Origin: Haliotis cracherodii
Lineage: Eukaryota
NCBI RefSeq assembly: GCF_022045235.1
Contig: NW_027266280.1
Location: 6,138,001 to 6,202,000 of the forward strand
Length of the DNA: 64,000 bases
Direction: 5' to 3'
Shown here: positions 25,582 through 39,317 of the stretch, piece by piece
Layout: each line of letters begins with the position of its first letter
How positions within the stretch are numbered: position 1 is the first letter of the stretch
Translations under genes and position numbers: made by a program
The notes under the pieces: generated by a model
Databases searched by the model: none
What the model saw: only the letters and a program-made list of their open reading frames with translations
What the model was told of the DNA's origin: nothing

Positions 25582-25920
25582 TCACAGATTAGATCCGAGT
25601 GAGGACTTGGTCACATCACGGGCTCGATACACCATCTTGGAGGACTCGTCAAACACAGACTGATGCCGCTCTCGCACTCGCTGCATCCAAGCTTTCACGG
25701 TGGGGCTGCTCTCATACAGGTTCTCCTCTTGTACGGCGTACAGCTGTATGAGTTCACAAGCTCCGAGTATGTCCGCTATAGAGATGTCATTCCCACACAG
25801 GAATGGCTGTGATTTGAGGAAATGTGTTTCAATACCGGTGACAGCTTTACGAACCAGTTTGCGATATTTCTCCACCTTATCCATGTCAATTGGTTGATTC
25901 TTTGCCCTGGGGATTATTAG
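25582..25920 (-). CDS. GSTT1: Theta-class glutathione S-transferase, copy 1, exon 4 (339 nt, includes stop)
   Basis: Acceptor ttgcAG 25922-25921; FLCGNDISIADILGACEL C-domain motif; AATAAA at 25323-25318. Confidence 0.93.
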   Translation of the reverse strand, partial: LIIPRAKNQPIDMDKVEKYRKLVRKAVTGIETHFLKSQPFLCGNDISIADILGACELIQLYAVQEENLYESSPTVKAWMQRVRERHQSVFDESSKMVYRARDVTKSSLGSNL

Positions 25921-27631
25921 CTGCAAACAAATATATTTAGTGATACCCAAATTAATATTAAAAATATTTTGATTCCAAAAACTACATCGACACCATCATT
26001 AGAAAGTGACCACTGTGGTCTACAATCTTCCTCAGGGGAGACAATCGATACTCAAATTCTACAGAAATTTTCAAGTATATTCCATTTGGTACAGATCCAA
26101 GGATGGCGTGTTTAACGTACTGTACTTGGAAATTGAGCCGGGAAGCGAGCCATATTTTGTGATTTTAATGCAGCATTATGCAAGCTGTGCACAGTTGTAC
26201 ATGGAATAACTCTTGAATTCCTAATTATTATTTAAATAACATAGTGTTTCCATTAAGAATGGGAAAACAGTTAGTAACCAGGGAAAATAGTTGGTAACCA
26301 GAAATGACAATTGCTCCCTTATAGGGGAGACAATCTATCCCAACCAAGGGGAGACAATATGGTCAAACTCAGGGGAGATAATCAATACTCAAACTCAATC
26401 TCTGACAAATGTCACCTCCCTCTTGGATGCAAATAGGTCTCTTCTGGCCACAAGAAATCCAAATGCTACTGCTACTACTTCTTATCCCCTTACAGATGAC
26501 CAATCTGTAACATACTTCATCCCAAACATAAAAACTGAACGGGTGTCACAAGAACTATCAATTCATGTTGCAATTCTGCATCAAAAAGGTTTCAAAAATT
26601 GTGGAGCCAAACAAACAGGCAATGACATAACCTCACTTGACTTTCAGTCAGAGGAGCATAAAAAAGAACCTCCTCAAATATCAATAACCAGTATGTGTTC
26701 CATTGGACACAAATGATTATGTGGATTTTGGAATGATCGAAGCAAATTTCGTTCAAGCAGGGATACCAACCCTAATCAAAGCTTTGGAGAAATTAGGGGA
26801 AAAAAATTAATTTCATGTGAAAAAACATAACATTAACTTTTTTTAGAAGGGTCATCACCTTTGAGAAGCAGTTTCTCGCTACAACATTTTCGTTAGGCCT
26901 AGACGTAAGTTAAACATGTGATAGCTCCTTGCAATCATAAAATTCAACATGTGGCACTAATTAACTGTTTTTCAGAAAGAAATAGTGGAGTTTCAAGTTC
27001 AAAAGTAATGTCAGTGTACATGCAATTAGTTCCCTGTCTGCACAATGACTGATCAATATGACACCAGTGTGTTTTACATGACAACCACTTAGAGACCTTG
27101 TATCAACACAATGTGAATTAAAAGCATGGCTCTCAATGGTCTTGTTGTTGAATACTTCATGTCACCATAAACAATTTCCTCCCTGTGATATTTTATGCAT
27201 GTAAATAGTTCATGAAGAAAAATGACAGAAGTTATTTGCCTACTTCTGGACTTTTTTGCTTTCTTAAACAGGAAGTAAAAACGAAACGTGTGTCGGACTT
27301 TGTCATAATAAGGGGGATGCCGGAGAACCAAGATTATTATTGTTTTTAGCCTTAGGGAAGGACAAGCATAACTGGACAATTTTAGGCTCAAAATTGTAAC
27401 TATTTGAATAGACAAAATAGTAATGGTTGACATTTCCAATTGAAGCATATATTAACAAACTAGATTCAAGACTAACTCTATACTGACAACATCTGAGATA
27501 AACAAAAATAAAAAAGTACATCAATATTTGAGATAAATGATTTCTGAGATAAACAATTTATGGGACAAATAACATTTATGAGAAGTGAGTTTGAGAGAAG
27601 GGGAGGTAACTGTGGTGATGTTGATACTCAC

Positions 27632-27785
27632 AAGTTCTCGGAAGAGCATGGCGGCACTGCCTCTTGTGTTCATGTGCTGCCAGTTGCAGTATTCATCAAT
27701 CTTTGCCTGGGCTCGGAGGTCAGTGCGTGGGTACCAGTGATCAGGTACATTGTATTTACAGGAAAGGTACTTCAGAATGGCCACA
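27632..27785 (-). CDS. GSTT1: Theta GST copy 1, exon 3 (154 nt)
   Basis: SVAILKYL..PDHWYP..AKIDEYCNWQH; AG/GT boundaries in phase. Confidence 0.93.
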
Positions 27786-27942
27786 CTGAAAAGAAGGATT
27801 AGGTAGACAGAAAAGACCACAGCCCTACAGTGTCTGAGAACAATATTGCCAGGCTGCCATCAGGACATACAGACTTTAGAACCAGCAGGCCCTGAATAAA
27901 CTCTTCAGGCCCTCAGTTAAAAACTGCAGCTCATTGTACAAA

Positions 27943-28293
27943 TACCGTAATCGACGTAATAAGCCCCCAGGGCGCTTTCAAAATTAGAAATAGGGGGCTC
28001 TTATTAGAATATTAATTTGGCAAAAGAAACACAGAGTTGAAAGGTAAATTTCGTGGTTTATGCTGACAGCCTGAAATGTTTACATACGACAGATATATTT
28101 TTCCAGAATTTAATTGCCCATAATTAAGGGTGCATATAACACATGAGTGCGTATTAAACGCGAACAAATAATTCTTGTGTACACTAATCAATCAGACGGG
28201 ATGCTAATTGGGATTGTTCACTAGCCAATATATCAGCAAATATCGCCGTGGGCGCTTATTAGAGACGGGGCGCTTATTACGTTGAATACGGTA
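27943..28293. mobile_element. Tc1/mariner-superfamily MITE (TA-CCGTA...TACGG-TA)
   Basis: Terminal inverted repeats. The paralogous site in GST copy 2 (ttgtacaaaTAaatcaac, ~53555) is empty with a single TA, confirming a TA TSD. Confidence 0.9.
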
Positions 28294-28519
28294 AATCAAC
28301 ACACAAATTAACTGCAGGCCATAAGGACCCATACAAGTTTGAAACTACGGGCCCAATATAAGATCTACCTGAAACATTCGGGGGACACTCTTCAGCATTA
28401 TAAACTGTTTTAACTTTAGGTTCAAAAGGCAAAGGTCATAAAGATCAACTAAATTCTTGTATGTCATTTTCCCAAATACATTTTGAGTGAGTAAAGAATG
28501 TTATTCAATGCTGCTATGT

Positions 28520-28860
28520 GACTGCAAATAATTCTGGATGAGTGAGTGAGTGAGTGAGTGAGTGAGTGAGTGAGTGAGTGAGTGAGTGAGTTAATTGGAT
28601 TTAATGCCGCTATTAACATTATTCCAGTTATATCACGTGTGTCAGCTTAATGTGGGGGGAAAGCCCGAAGTGATGCAGGTCTTAGACGTTTACCACTTCG
28701 GTGAAACCCACGAGCACAGGTATGGTGCTGACAAACTTAGAAATATAATCGGGGTGAACTGGGATTCGAACCCACGATCAAAGGTTTCTGGCGTGCCCAA
28801 AGGACGCAGCTCTGCACAGCAAATCGTGGAGCCTTAGACAACTGGGCCACCTGTGCCCCC
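28520..28860 (-). mobile_element. SINE family A with long (GAGT)n tail
   Basis: Reverse complement of family A; absent from intron 2 of GST copy 2. Confidence 0.9.
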
Positions 28861-29324
28861 TTGAATGAGATAAACCTATGGTTGAAATAATGAGCGACAT
28901 TCAACACTGTGAGGGTAAGGACATGAAATCAACCAGACCACTGAATCTGACCACACAATCCATATTAGTTGCCTGTTTTGACAAAGATAGCATAGTTGGA
29001 ACCCTTCATTGGGTTGAACCAAATGTATTGTCATATATTTAAAAAACAATCATCTGCATGCAACAAATACTTTGTGAAAACATGTAGAATCTTAAAGCAA
29101 TCCTTATCATATTCTTGAGTATTAGAGCTTCTCATGTTAGCTTTTGTAGAGCTCCAGCATTTTGGTTGTACTTAGAGTAAGTTAATTGAAATTGTATTAG
29201 TCACAATTAAACTTTTCATTAGTTTCAACTAGATGGTAAGTAACATCAATTAAGTCAGTCTGGATTATGGCCTGTGATGAGCTAAAAGATTATTGAAAAT
29301 ATAGGACCCAGTAGAGTACCATAC

Positions 29325-29412
29325 CTCTCTGTCAAAACAAATCCATTATCATCAATAACTGGCACCAGCTTGAAGGGGTTGATTCTTGCATATTCCTCTG
29401 AGAAGTGTTCTC
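29325..29412 (-). CDS. GSTT1: Theta GST copy 1, exon 2 (88 nt)
   Basis: GEHFSEEYARINPFKLVPVIDDNGFVLTE; AG/GT boundaries. Confidence 0.93.
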
Positions 29413-29539
29413 CTGTAATAAAGTTGCACAAAAACCAGCATGTATTACAGAGAGTCAGAAATATTATCATAACAGTCAAAATTATCCCAATAATATCATG
29501 TCCACCACAGAACTCTGTAAATAAGTAGTACAGGCCGGA

Positions 29540-29697
29540 GTGATTGAGTGAGTGAGTGAGTATGGTTTTACGCCGCTTTAAGCAATATTCCAGCAATATC
29601 ACGGCAGGGGACACCAGAAATAGGCTTTACACATTGTACCCATGTTGGGAATCTGGGTCTTCGGCGTGACGAACGCCTTAACCACTAGGCTACCTGA
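29540..29697 (-). mobile_element. SINE family B
   Basis: gagtatggttttacgccgc..accactaggctacc. Confidence 0.85.
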
Positions 29698-29736
29698 CAA
29701 TCCCTGTACAGGCCAGACAAACGAGTGGTTGACAGA

Positions 29737-30119
29737 CAGGGCTGGGACGGGTAACTGGTATGGGTCCTGAGTAGGATCCGGGTACCCACAGGACTACCTG
29801 GACCAGTGGTTAGTCACGTGATATGTTCCTTTAATAAAATAACAATAGAAGTTGCTTATGTTTGCATTTTTTCTGACTATTCATGCATTTTTTCTGAATT
29901 TTATACGCTAAAGATAAAACTTCAGTCAACTTCAGTGTATGCATGATCTGAACGTTATATATATGTGTATCTAAATAGTATTTGCCAAGGCTTGGGTAAA
30001 ACAATTTCCAATTGGACATTATGTACCCAACTCTTGAGACCTACAGGGGTTACCTAGGTAGGGTCAGGTTATCAGGGGTCAAGTACCTGGGTAGTAAATA
30101 TGGACTCGTCCCAGCCCTA
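29737..30119. mobile_element. hAT-like MITE
   Basis: TIR AGGGCTGGGACG...CGTCCCAGCCCT; shared with GST copy 2 (53886-54271); third copy at 62369-63050. Confidence 0.8.
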
Positions 30120-30992
30120 CTGACAGGGTTATCACACAGAAATAGTGGCTCATGATTATCCATCAACATCTACATGATCTAAATACTTATCACACTCAAC
30201 AATACTTTCAGTCAGCTGGGATAGTTGGGTTTTAACACTTAGACAGTATTTATAGTTAATAACAACTAATATCAGACAGGTCATTATGATCTGTTGGAGC
30301 AAGGTTTGCCAGATGGTCAAGCTTATATCCACACCCAGTCACTACGATCGTATGCCTTTCATGCCTATGGACTTGAGGAAAAAGATAATGAAACTTTTAA
30401 GAGGTTTTTAAAATGAAACTATAACAAATGTCGTCATAATGAGTGAGTATGGTTTTACGCCACATTTAGTAATATTTGAAAAATATCACGACTGTGGACA
30501 CCAAAAATAGGCTACACACTTTGTACCCATGTCACATTGGTGAGTGGGATTTATTAATGATCATCGCATATACAACAGCATATGTCTCGGTTAGACTTGG
30601 CCTAGTTAATTCGGTAAAATTAACGTCAGTCATCACTGTCAAGTGCCGCAAGTCCCAGTCTCCTAGTTCCTGTACTAAACTTAAGAGTTTTACAGGGTTT
30701 GACCCTGATCTATATAAAGTAATGTACTGTTAAATGGAATAATTACTTTAATTACAGGAACTTTATATTTCTTGTGAAGAATTTTAGTACAAGAAATATT
30801 ATTGTGCGTCCCTCGGGACGGAATTTATAGTTTCCTGCCGCCATTCTATACATTTCTGCGTCACGTAAAAACCCTGTCTTAGCGGCTGCTGCAACATTAT
30901 GCTGGGTACAAATTCCATTACAGGTGAACATATTTCATTACAACTTTTGTCAAATAGAGTGTCATGCAAAAAAGCTTCCGTTCGTGGCATAC

Positions 30993-31104
30993 CTTTTCGT
31001 AACGCAAGTACTTTATCTTCAAACGGTATCTTGTTTAACTTCAGAAACATATAAACAGCCCTCGATGGCTGAGACATCAAATCATAGTACACTTTCAACG
31101 CCAT
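30993..31104 (-). CDS. GSTT1: Theta GST copy 1, exon 1 (112 nt); spliced product 230 aa
   Basis: MALKVYYDLMSQPSRAVY with the catalytic Ser in SQP; donor AG|GTATG. Confidence 0.93.
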
Positions 31105-31174
31105 GTTTTCCGTAGATTAGTTCCCGAATCCTCCACTAAGTGTCGCTGCCCTCCCTTCCAGGTGACCTTTGATC

Positions 31175-31297
31175 TAGACTGGTTCCCGTTCGTTCCTGCG
31201 AAAATCTTACGCATATATAACAATCCACATCTTACGCTTTGATTGGAAAGCGGAACAAGTGCAGCGACACCAAGCGGAGGATCCGGGAACCAGTCTA
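31175..31297. mobile_element. 123-bp Academ-type MITE (TAG...CTA termini, 9-bp TSD)
   Basis: TIR tagactggttccc/gggaaccagtcta; TSD cctttgatc (31166-31174, 31298-31306); site is empty upstream of GST copy 2. Confidence 0.85.
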
Positions 31298-32027
31298 CCT
31301 TTGATCGCAAGTTCTCGTCGACTCCCCATGCGCGTCGTCAACTTGCGCCAAGTATATTTCGATATAAGACGGGACCAAGCTTAGCTCCTCACAGCGATAG
31401 CCCATTCATGAAGCTCTCAACACAGGGAGTGCACTCTCCTACCCAGAGCTCCATGCGGTCGGCAGCCAGCCAGCATAGTACTAGTAGGCTGGTTCCCGGC
31501 TCCCTATGCACGTCGTCAACCTGTGATATTAGAGACGGGCCCAGCTTAGCCAGCATGGTACCTCTGCCACAGGCCAGCGCCATGTGTCGATTCGTCACAT
31601 CTTACACACTCCAATTAAGCAAATAAATAAACTCATATCCTCGTGTCATGGAAGTTCTATCACTTACGAAAAGTCGCTGAATTTTCATGATAGTAACATT
31701 CATATAATCTTTTTTTCAAATATCTTACCTGTGAACTTTTTTATTTATGACAAACATTTCACAAATCCAGGGATTTTCATTGAAATGGACACTCGCTGTC
31801 AACAGAAGTGACCCAGAAAGCTACGTCACATAAGTTTGATTGGTTGGCTTGTCGCATAACCGGGATGACATGTATGGACGCTCTCTTGTGTCAAAATCCG
31901 AAGTAGAACAGTCCACAGTTGTTTTATGATATCTTTGTCCATCAAACGTTCATTTTATGTTTTAATATTTAAAAAAATATATGAAAAGTCTCAAATATCC
32001 AGATTAATTATAAGGTTGATGCAGGGA

Positions 32028-33800
32028 GTTATTCTTCAGGTTCATCATGACAGGGACATCAAAACTCAGAATGTCGACGCACAACACGAACTGGCGTGCA
32101 GAAACGTAAATGTGTCCAGTGCTGACATGTAGGGTGGGTACATTGTGCCCAGGTTGTAATGATCAGTGAGACATTAGCTCGAACCTCATCGGGTACAAAT
32201 TGGTTACATTTGCAGCAGAATTCGTCATCACTTGTCAAATCACTATCGTACGAATCATAACTATCGTCCTGATGCGCGTTGGACCGTGAAGTTCCAGAAG
32301 TACTTGCATTCGTTGCAGTGACAGTATTTTTTTTTTAAAGATTTACTTGGTTTAGGTGCTTGCTTCCTTTTTTTGGTGCCAATTTCACAGTCTGGTGGAA
32401 AATTATTTTATTCAGAATGACGACTTCGGTGATGGCCTTGTCCCCGACAACAGCCCTCAGAACGTTTCTCTTTTTGGTAGGCACAGCTTTCTTAAAAAGT
32501 ACAGTCGTCTTGTCTTTAAAGAATCCTGCTACATCATTGCCCTCAGTAGGTGAAGTGGCACTCTTGTCTCCAACTGGCACACTTGAATCAATAACACCAG
32601 CATAAGGATGCAGCAAACGTTCAGTCGACATAAAAGCTGTTGATATTGGCGGTGGTAGACTTGTCAAATGGGTAGACTCCACATTTCCTGAAAGAGGATT
32701 GCAGATTTGTTGGTGTCAGCGACAGGTTATAAGCTCTACAGCCAAGTTCACAAACATAATGTTTATCTACTGAACTTGTAGCATTTTCCCGCATATACGT
32801 ATGGCGGAGGTTGTTGTAAATTTCAGCAAAAGGTCCAAAGCAACCTATATCCATTGGCTGCAAAACAGGGGACGTGTGTGCAGGCAGTACAAACAAAATA
32901 ATGTGATGCTGACGTGCCAATTCGATGAGTGGAATAGATACGTAGGATCTATGACCATCGTACACAATAAGAAGTGGACAATCTGCAGACGCGGCGACAG
33001 CATGCTTCAGGAAATGCTGTCATATAGTGCTGAAAAATCTCCGTGTTTGACCAGCTAGTGTCGCTCACAGTGACTGCTGCTCCAGGGGTACTTCCTAAAA
33101 GGAGTTCTTCCCGCATCCTCTTGCCCTTGAATACAAAATACGGTGGTGAAGAACTACCAGACGCATTGCCGCAACCTATAACAGTTGTAGTACTTGATCT
33201 TGATCACTGCAGCTGGAATACTCTGACTCGATGTAACAACTGATGGTGGGGTATGATGCTCCACAAGTCCCTTTTCGTCAACATTATAAATGCGATGAGG
33301 GCATGTCTTCAGGTTGTACTTATCCATGATGTGCCCAAGCTCAATAAAATAATGAGTGACCGTCTCCTCCTCTGTATCTCATGGGATCGTGGCTTCTTCA
33401 CTGATCAGGCCATCGCTTCATAAACCCATAGAACCAATGAAGTGATAGGGGTTGTTCATCCTTTGACTTCTTTCCAACATATATTGCTAGGTCTGTGGCA
33501 ATAGTAGTAACTTCAGCCCTATTATAGCCATACCCAAAATATGCCATGGCTTCAATATGTGAAACAAGTCCCCGTTCTTCTTCCATGGACAATAATGGTT
33601 CTCCACCAGTGGTACTACATTCAATAGAAACTTTCCCACTAATCCTGTCAGGCAATGTAGCAAATGGAACAGCAAAGTTTGTGCATGGCAGCTTTCCTAA
33701 TTGCCATTCCATCGAAAACAGCATTATATGCCTTGTCTAGGGCTGCAGACAAATATTGCCTATATTGGCCTCTTCTGGTTGGTTCACCATTGGTCAAATC
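32028..33800 (-). pseudogene. Pogo/Tigger-like DDE transposase fossil (HTH, CENP-B-like HTH, DDE_1, C-terminal PHD-like finger)
   Basis: LSMEEERGLVSHIEAMAYFGYG..WFYGFMKRWP; YDGHRSY..LPAHTSPVLQPMDIGCFGP; C-terminal CCKC..WAQC..CQHWTH..CPCH; multiple frameshifts and stops. Confidence 0.88.
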
Positions 33801-34417
33801 CTGTAAAAATAAAGCTTTATTTTATATATCACCAAAACTCCAGAGACAGAAGTTCTCAAAAAGCATAAAGTTTTCAATAATAAATGACAGAAATGACCCT
33901 AATTTGTTTCCATAGTTTTAAATTTTGGTGAGCACATCACGTGTCTGATCACGTGACATTTACAGCATGAAAGTAAACAAGCAGACGACAGGTGTGCCTT
34001 CGATTTACAACGTGTGCATTTATTACAATTGACATTTTATTTGAGCTGATCAAATTACATTAGTGATCTCGGGTTAAAAAGTAGTTGTTTGCTGAATATG
34101 AGCTATTACTTACGTTTGGTAACTTGACACGAAACATTTTCCGGTCTAAGCGAACGAAAGCGGTGTTGTCAGAAGATCAAAGCTGCAGGTACCGTAATTT
34201 CTCGTTACATATCGCGAGAAATATCATTCAAAATGGCCGATCGAATTTACATGTCGATCGAACTTGTGTGACTTTCCCCCTGGTACAATTATACTCACTT
34301 AAAAAGCGCCAATAAAATTATAATAAAAGGAAGCAAATGTTGCAAAATGCATCGCACTATTTTTTATGCGCGCAAGGACCCATCGTTTACATTCCTTGTA
34401 CGGTTCACGTGCTGACC

Positions 34418-34586
34418 GGGGCGGTCGGGTAGCCTAGTGGTTAAAGCGTTCGCTCGTCACGCCGAAGACCCGGGTTCGATTCCCAACATGGGTACAATGT
34501 GTGAAGCCCATTTCTGGTGTCCCCCGCCGTGATATTGCTGGAATATTGCTAAAAGCGTCGTAAAACCATACTCACTCACTCACTCA
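34418..34586 (+). mobile_element. SINE family B, full length
   Basis: tRNA-Asp-like head with GTC anticodon region; TSD cacgtgct(g/c)acc. Confidence 0.92.
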
Positions 34587-35395
34587 CGTGCTCACCTTGA
34601 GAAGTATTCCACAGATTGATTTGTGCTTGAAAAGGAACATTTTGGAAGAAATTGAGAGTTCATGTATAGATTTAACATCAAACTAGAACCCATCAGTTCT
34701 CAGAGCTAACCGTCAGGACTTGATTGAGGTAGATTTGCCTTACAAGTGTGGAGAGGTAAGGGTGTAACTGGGTCTAAACTTAACAAATAATTGTTTAAAT
34801 TATTAGTTAAGGGCTATCTTCAACTTTATGAAAGATTGAGATTACTGACATAAAAAGGGTACATATTTTGATAATGACCAAACTGTTTAGATTATTTTTA
34901 GAACATATAAAAGTTCAAAGTGTGTTTGTAAATCAATGAAAGATATTAAAAATATTTACTGGTCATGAAACTACCATTATATGATGAGGATACCTGATGA
35001 ATTAGGATTTTAATTGGCATGCTGTGAAAAATATTCTCTCATACTGTTACAACAAATCTCTAACAGCAAACAAGCACTTTCAGCTATATCATTTGCATGA
35101 CAAGTGGCATCAGTAGTACTGATTTGATCCTGTGATTCTATATTGAGTGGTTCATTTCGAGAATTCAAAAATATAATTTATTAAAGATTTAACAGAAGTA
35201 ATGGTAACCAATGAAACACATTATCCCAGTAAATAAAAATATTATCAGTTTATCAAAAGTAAATAAGATGTCCCTAGCTATTGTGTTATTGGTGCTTTAT
35301 GTAGGTTATACAATATAAAATACTGCAAATGTACCCTGCATTAAAATTTACATACATCATGCTGGGAAAATAATGTACAAACCTCAAAACTCAGA

Positions 35396-35657
35396 GGCCC
35401 GTGAAGATTCCGGGGTAGAATAGGTCTTCAGCAACCCATACTTGCCGTAAAAGGCGACTATGCTTGTCGTAAAAGGCGACTAACGGGATTGGGTGGTCAG
35501 GCTCTCTGACTTGGTTGATACATGTCATCGATCCCAATTGCGTGGATCAATGCTCATGCTGTCTATCACTGGATTGTCTGGTCCAAACTCGATTATTTAC
35601 AGACCGTTGTCATATAGCTTGAATATTGCTGAGTGCGGCATTAAACAACAAACAAAC
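35396..35657 (+). mobile_element. Family C element, full length
   Basis: TSD aaaactcaga; starts GGCCCGTGAAG. Confidence 0.9.
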
Positions 35658-36205
35658 AAAACTCAGAAATACCAGCCCACGTTCACAATGCCCCTATGCC
35701 TGGCATCAATTATCTGTATTTGTAAGTTAGAGTGATTTCCCCTTGATTAATGAACGAATAAATTAAAAATATTTTATGTGTGATTCAAACAATAAGTTTT
35801 GTTATTATTTTGTAATCATTGTTATTTTGTAAATTTGCATATTACATTTTAAATATTTTAATCTAAATCCATACATAAAATCTACAAAGAAAGCTATCAA
35901 TATAATTTGTAACGCTATCAGTAATTTGTTTGTTTTATAACTTTAGAACTAATATCAGAAAAATAATGAACTCAAAAACATGTAAATTAATATTACTTGG
36001 CTTTTTTACAGTATTATCATGATTACAGTGTGAATGGAGACGTTTCTTTCATAGTTGACCTATATTCTAACTAGATCAGTTGCATGTACGTGAAAATGAA
36101 ATACATCATTCATTGAATAAAGCAAGAAGTAGATACATAGTTATTCAACCAGGCATGTTTTGTCAGTCATTTAATTAGCATCCCCAAATGTTAAATGTAT
36201 TACAT

Positions 36206-36345
36206 TTAAGGATTGACTGTGTATTTATTTACGTTTCATTGCGGTATGAATCGAAAAACCAGTGTGCAAACTTTTGTAAGAATCCGCTACGCGGATTCAT
36301 ACAGTTTGCACACTGGTTTTTCCGATTCATTCGAAAACGTAAAAC
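36206..36345. repeat. Palindromic element end; partial second copy at ~37500-37580
   Basis: gaatcgaaaaaccagtgtgcaaac...gtttgcacactggtttttccgattc centred on gctacgc. Confidence 0.7.
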
Positions 36346-37206
36346 ATGTTTTATCTACAATAGTTTAACCAAAAACAGTTGTATATATCAAAACAGACAA
36401 AAATGACGAGATTGATAAACAGTCCAGGTGTAGGAATACATACTGTGGCGTAACATGAATCAGGTGATTGTTTAGTTTATGCACATAAATTGACACGCCT
36501 ACACTGTCAGTAGCCAATCAACGGAGAGCAGGATCAAAACAATGTTCATTGGACCTGTCAGTTAAGGCAAGTTGCGAAAAGAACTGGAACAGTCAGACTG
36601 TAACGAACTGGAAGAAATATGTCCGGGAGAAGGCGGCTGTTTCAAATTACATGGTCAGTTACTGCCAGATTCAAACATTACTTCCCTGATTACGGTAAAA
36701 CACAGTTGGAAATATGCTAGTTAGAAAGGAAACCCGAAGACATGAAAGTTGAACCGAGGCGAGCAGAAAAAAAACCAGGCGATCGAGCCTGCACGTTTGC
36801 TGTTTCATACATTCTCGGCCTTCGGTTTCAAAGGTTTGTTTGGGCAATGAATATGCATGAAAGTCGCTAAATGTCCTGTGCATGACGATACACGTGAGCA
36901 GAAAGGGAATTCCCTCGGCTGTAATATTGGGATTACCCGACATTCCGAAGTAATAAAAATAGTGCGCCTCGGTGGGCGTGGCTTAATTTTTTACATTCTT
37001 TGGGAAATGAATGCAATAACACGTGACCAATTCAGCCAATCAGAATACAGGAATTTCAATGAACACAACGAAAATTTAATTATTAGACAGTGGTTGTCAT
37101 GAACTGGATGCAATGAAGTTTATATCAAGACAATTAATCTTGTACATGTATATGGAGGACTATTGTCCCCAAATAGTGTTCTAATGTGGTTTTCCAATGT
37201 TGTGTA

Positions 37207-38998
37207 GGTTCATCAACTGAACTTGAGAAAACGAAAGTGCCATTCTGGGGTGATCAACTTACTAGGATCCGATTACAGTATGCAAAGCCATTAGGGGCAC
37301 TTGCACCAAATCCTGTGAAGATATTTGAAGATGTTCGCCCTTTCATTCGTACTTTGTGGCACAATAAGCAGGATTTTTTACATGTATGTTCATACTTTTT
37401 TAACATGGTCGTTTATGTTGTAATTGATAAGAAAATAATAGAGTAAGGCTTTTGTAATTAAAATGGCTTGAAAAATGTAATACATGCATGAAAATTATTT
37501 TAAGGATTGACTGTGTATTTTTTTCGGTTCATTGCGGTATGAATCGAAAAACCGATGTGCAAACTGTATGAATCCGCGTAAAATTTATTAAAAGAAAGGG
37601 TTTATTCTTTCATTTTTAGAAAGCATACAGGCGCTTCTATGACAAGGACTCTGGGCGTGTTCGAGGGAGTCTCTTCTACTTCAAGGTGTCTCTCCGCCGG
37701 ACAAGTGTGAATGGGAAGGTCAAGAACAACTACACTGGCCATGAGGAATTATTTTTACTTCTTGGAGACATGTTGATGACGGAACAGGCCCTTGAATACC
37801 TGGGAATGGAAACATATCAATCCCAACCAACTAGGATAAAATATAGTATGAACATTGATCAGAGCAACAAATTTGTGGGAGATGTAACTAAAACATTAAT
37901 CTAGAACAAACATAGACTATGCCCTTGATTGGTCAGAATAATGTTGCTCAAGATAACCCAGTTTAAGTTTGTCACCTTTATGACAGTCAATTTTTAAATG
38001 TATATTTATAACAATTGTATTAGAAACTGCTGATTCCATCAGTGATGGTTCTAATTTTTATATATTCAGATCAGTATTCCTGACAACATCATGAGGCTAC
38101 CACGTTAAAGAAGGGTGGATCTGGCCAACAACATCCTGATGGGAATCCTCAATAGATATGAGTATGGGAGATTCAACCTGTCCAACCCCATTGGAAGCTT
38201 GATCAACCCACCAGCTAATCATGAAGTACCCGGTACAAAATATCCATGCTGTCACAGGCCTACCTCCAGATGGTGCTATCATTGTTACCCCACAGGAAGT
38301 CCCAGCTCAAGAGGACAAAGTCATGAGTTGCTGTAATGATCTAACTCATTGGGCAATGCATCTAATGCACATGAACGACATTGCCAAGGAAGGAGACATT
38401 GACAGAATGGTGCTTGCCTGTTAAGCCAACATACCCTTCTTCTATGCTCACAGTAAGCTGTCAAAATATTTTGTGGAGAACATTGACATATTACTGAAAA
38501 CTCAGTATCTACTTTCTCCACAGATGCAGCTTAGGTTGTTGGAAGGAAGCTATGTCAACCCACATGGTAATGAAGGCAACAATGTGGAGACTGACCTTGT
38601 TATGGAGCACTCCGTGAGGAACAAGAAGGATCTTATCTGTCAGCTAGGGGCTAACAAGACAGAAAAGGCCATACAATGAGCATCCTTGGCAGCTGACACA
38701 GTGGCAAAACTTACAGCATCACTGAACCGGAGCATTGGTACCAGGTGCAAATCATCTCGACACACAAAGCGTGAATCGGAAGCAGACAAGAAAAAAGTTC
38801 AAGATGTCTTTCGGCAGGTGCGTCCATTTCAATTCATGGCTGGAAGAATGTTTGATGGAGGAAAATCTCAGCACAACATTTTTCGTGACATTGAGAAAGG
38901 ATATGGAACGTGTCATCACAAGATCGTGTAGAGGACAAATAGTTGAAGTAGAACTTTATGATGAATGTGAAGAGAATGATAGCTTGCCATCAATTTGA
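37207..38998 (+). pseudogene. AcademH-type transposase fossil (spliced, disrupted)
   Basis: GDQLTRIR..WHNKQDFL, KEGDIDR, YVNPHG..GNNVETDLVMEHSVRNKK..LGANKT and SSRHT motifs; stops and frameshifts. Confidence 0.72.
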
Positions 38999-39317
38999 TG
39001 CTGTTTATAGGGAAAATCATAATTGTATGCTATATATTCATTCATCTGTAACTGCTTGAATGATTTGTTGCCTACTTACATGGAACATTGTATGTACATG
39101 TTTCTTCCTACCACATCAATGTCTCAAAATCCAACTCATCCACTACCAGCACCAGTGTTTGGAGTTCAGTCGCATGGCTTCAGTACATCAAATTTATATG
39201 TGCATTTAAAGAGTTGGTGCTTATTACAGTTGCACTTACACATGCAACAAGTTCATTGGTTCAGTATGGGATATTTTGAAAGTTGTGTATGCATTTATCA
39301 TGTACTTAGGACATTTA

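Noticed and set aside
26291-26716. 141-aa + strand ORF in GST intron 3
   Set aside because: No recognisable motif, and the frame is not preserved in the paralogous intron.
34418-34495. tRNA-Asp gene (and other tRNA-like heads)
   Set aside because: No proper acceptor stem; each continues into a SINE body and tail with TSDs and occurs in multiple copies.
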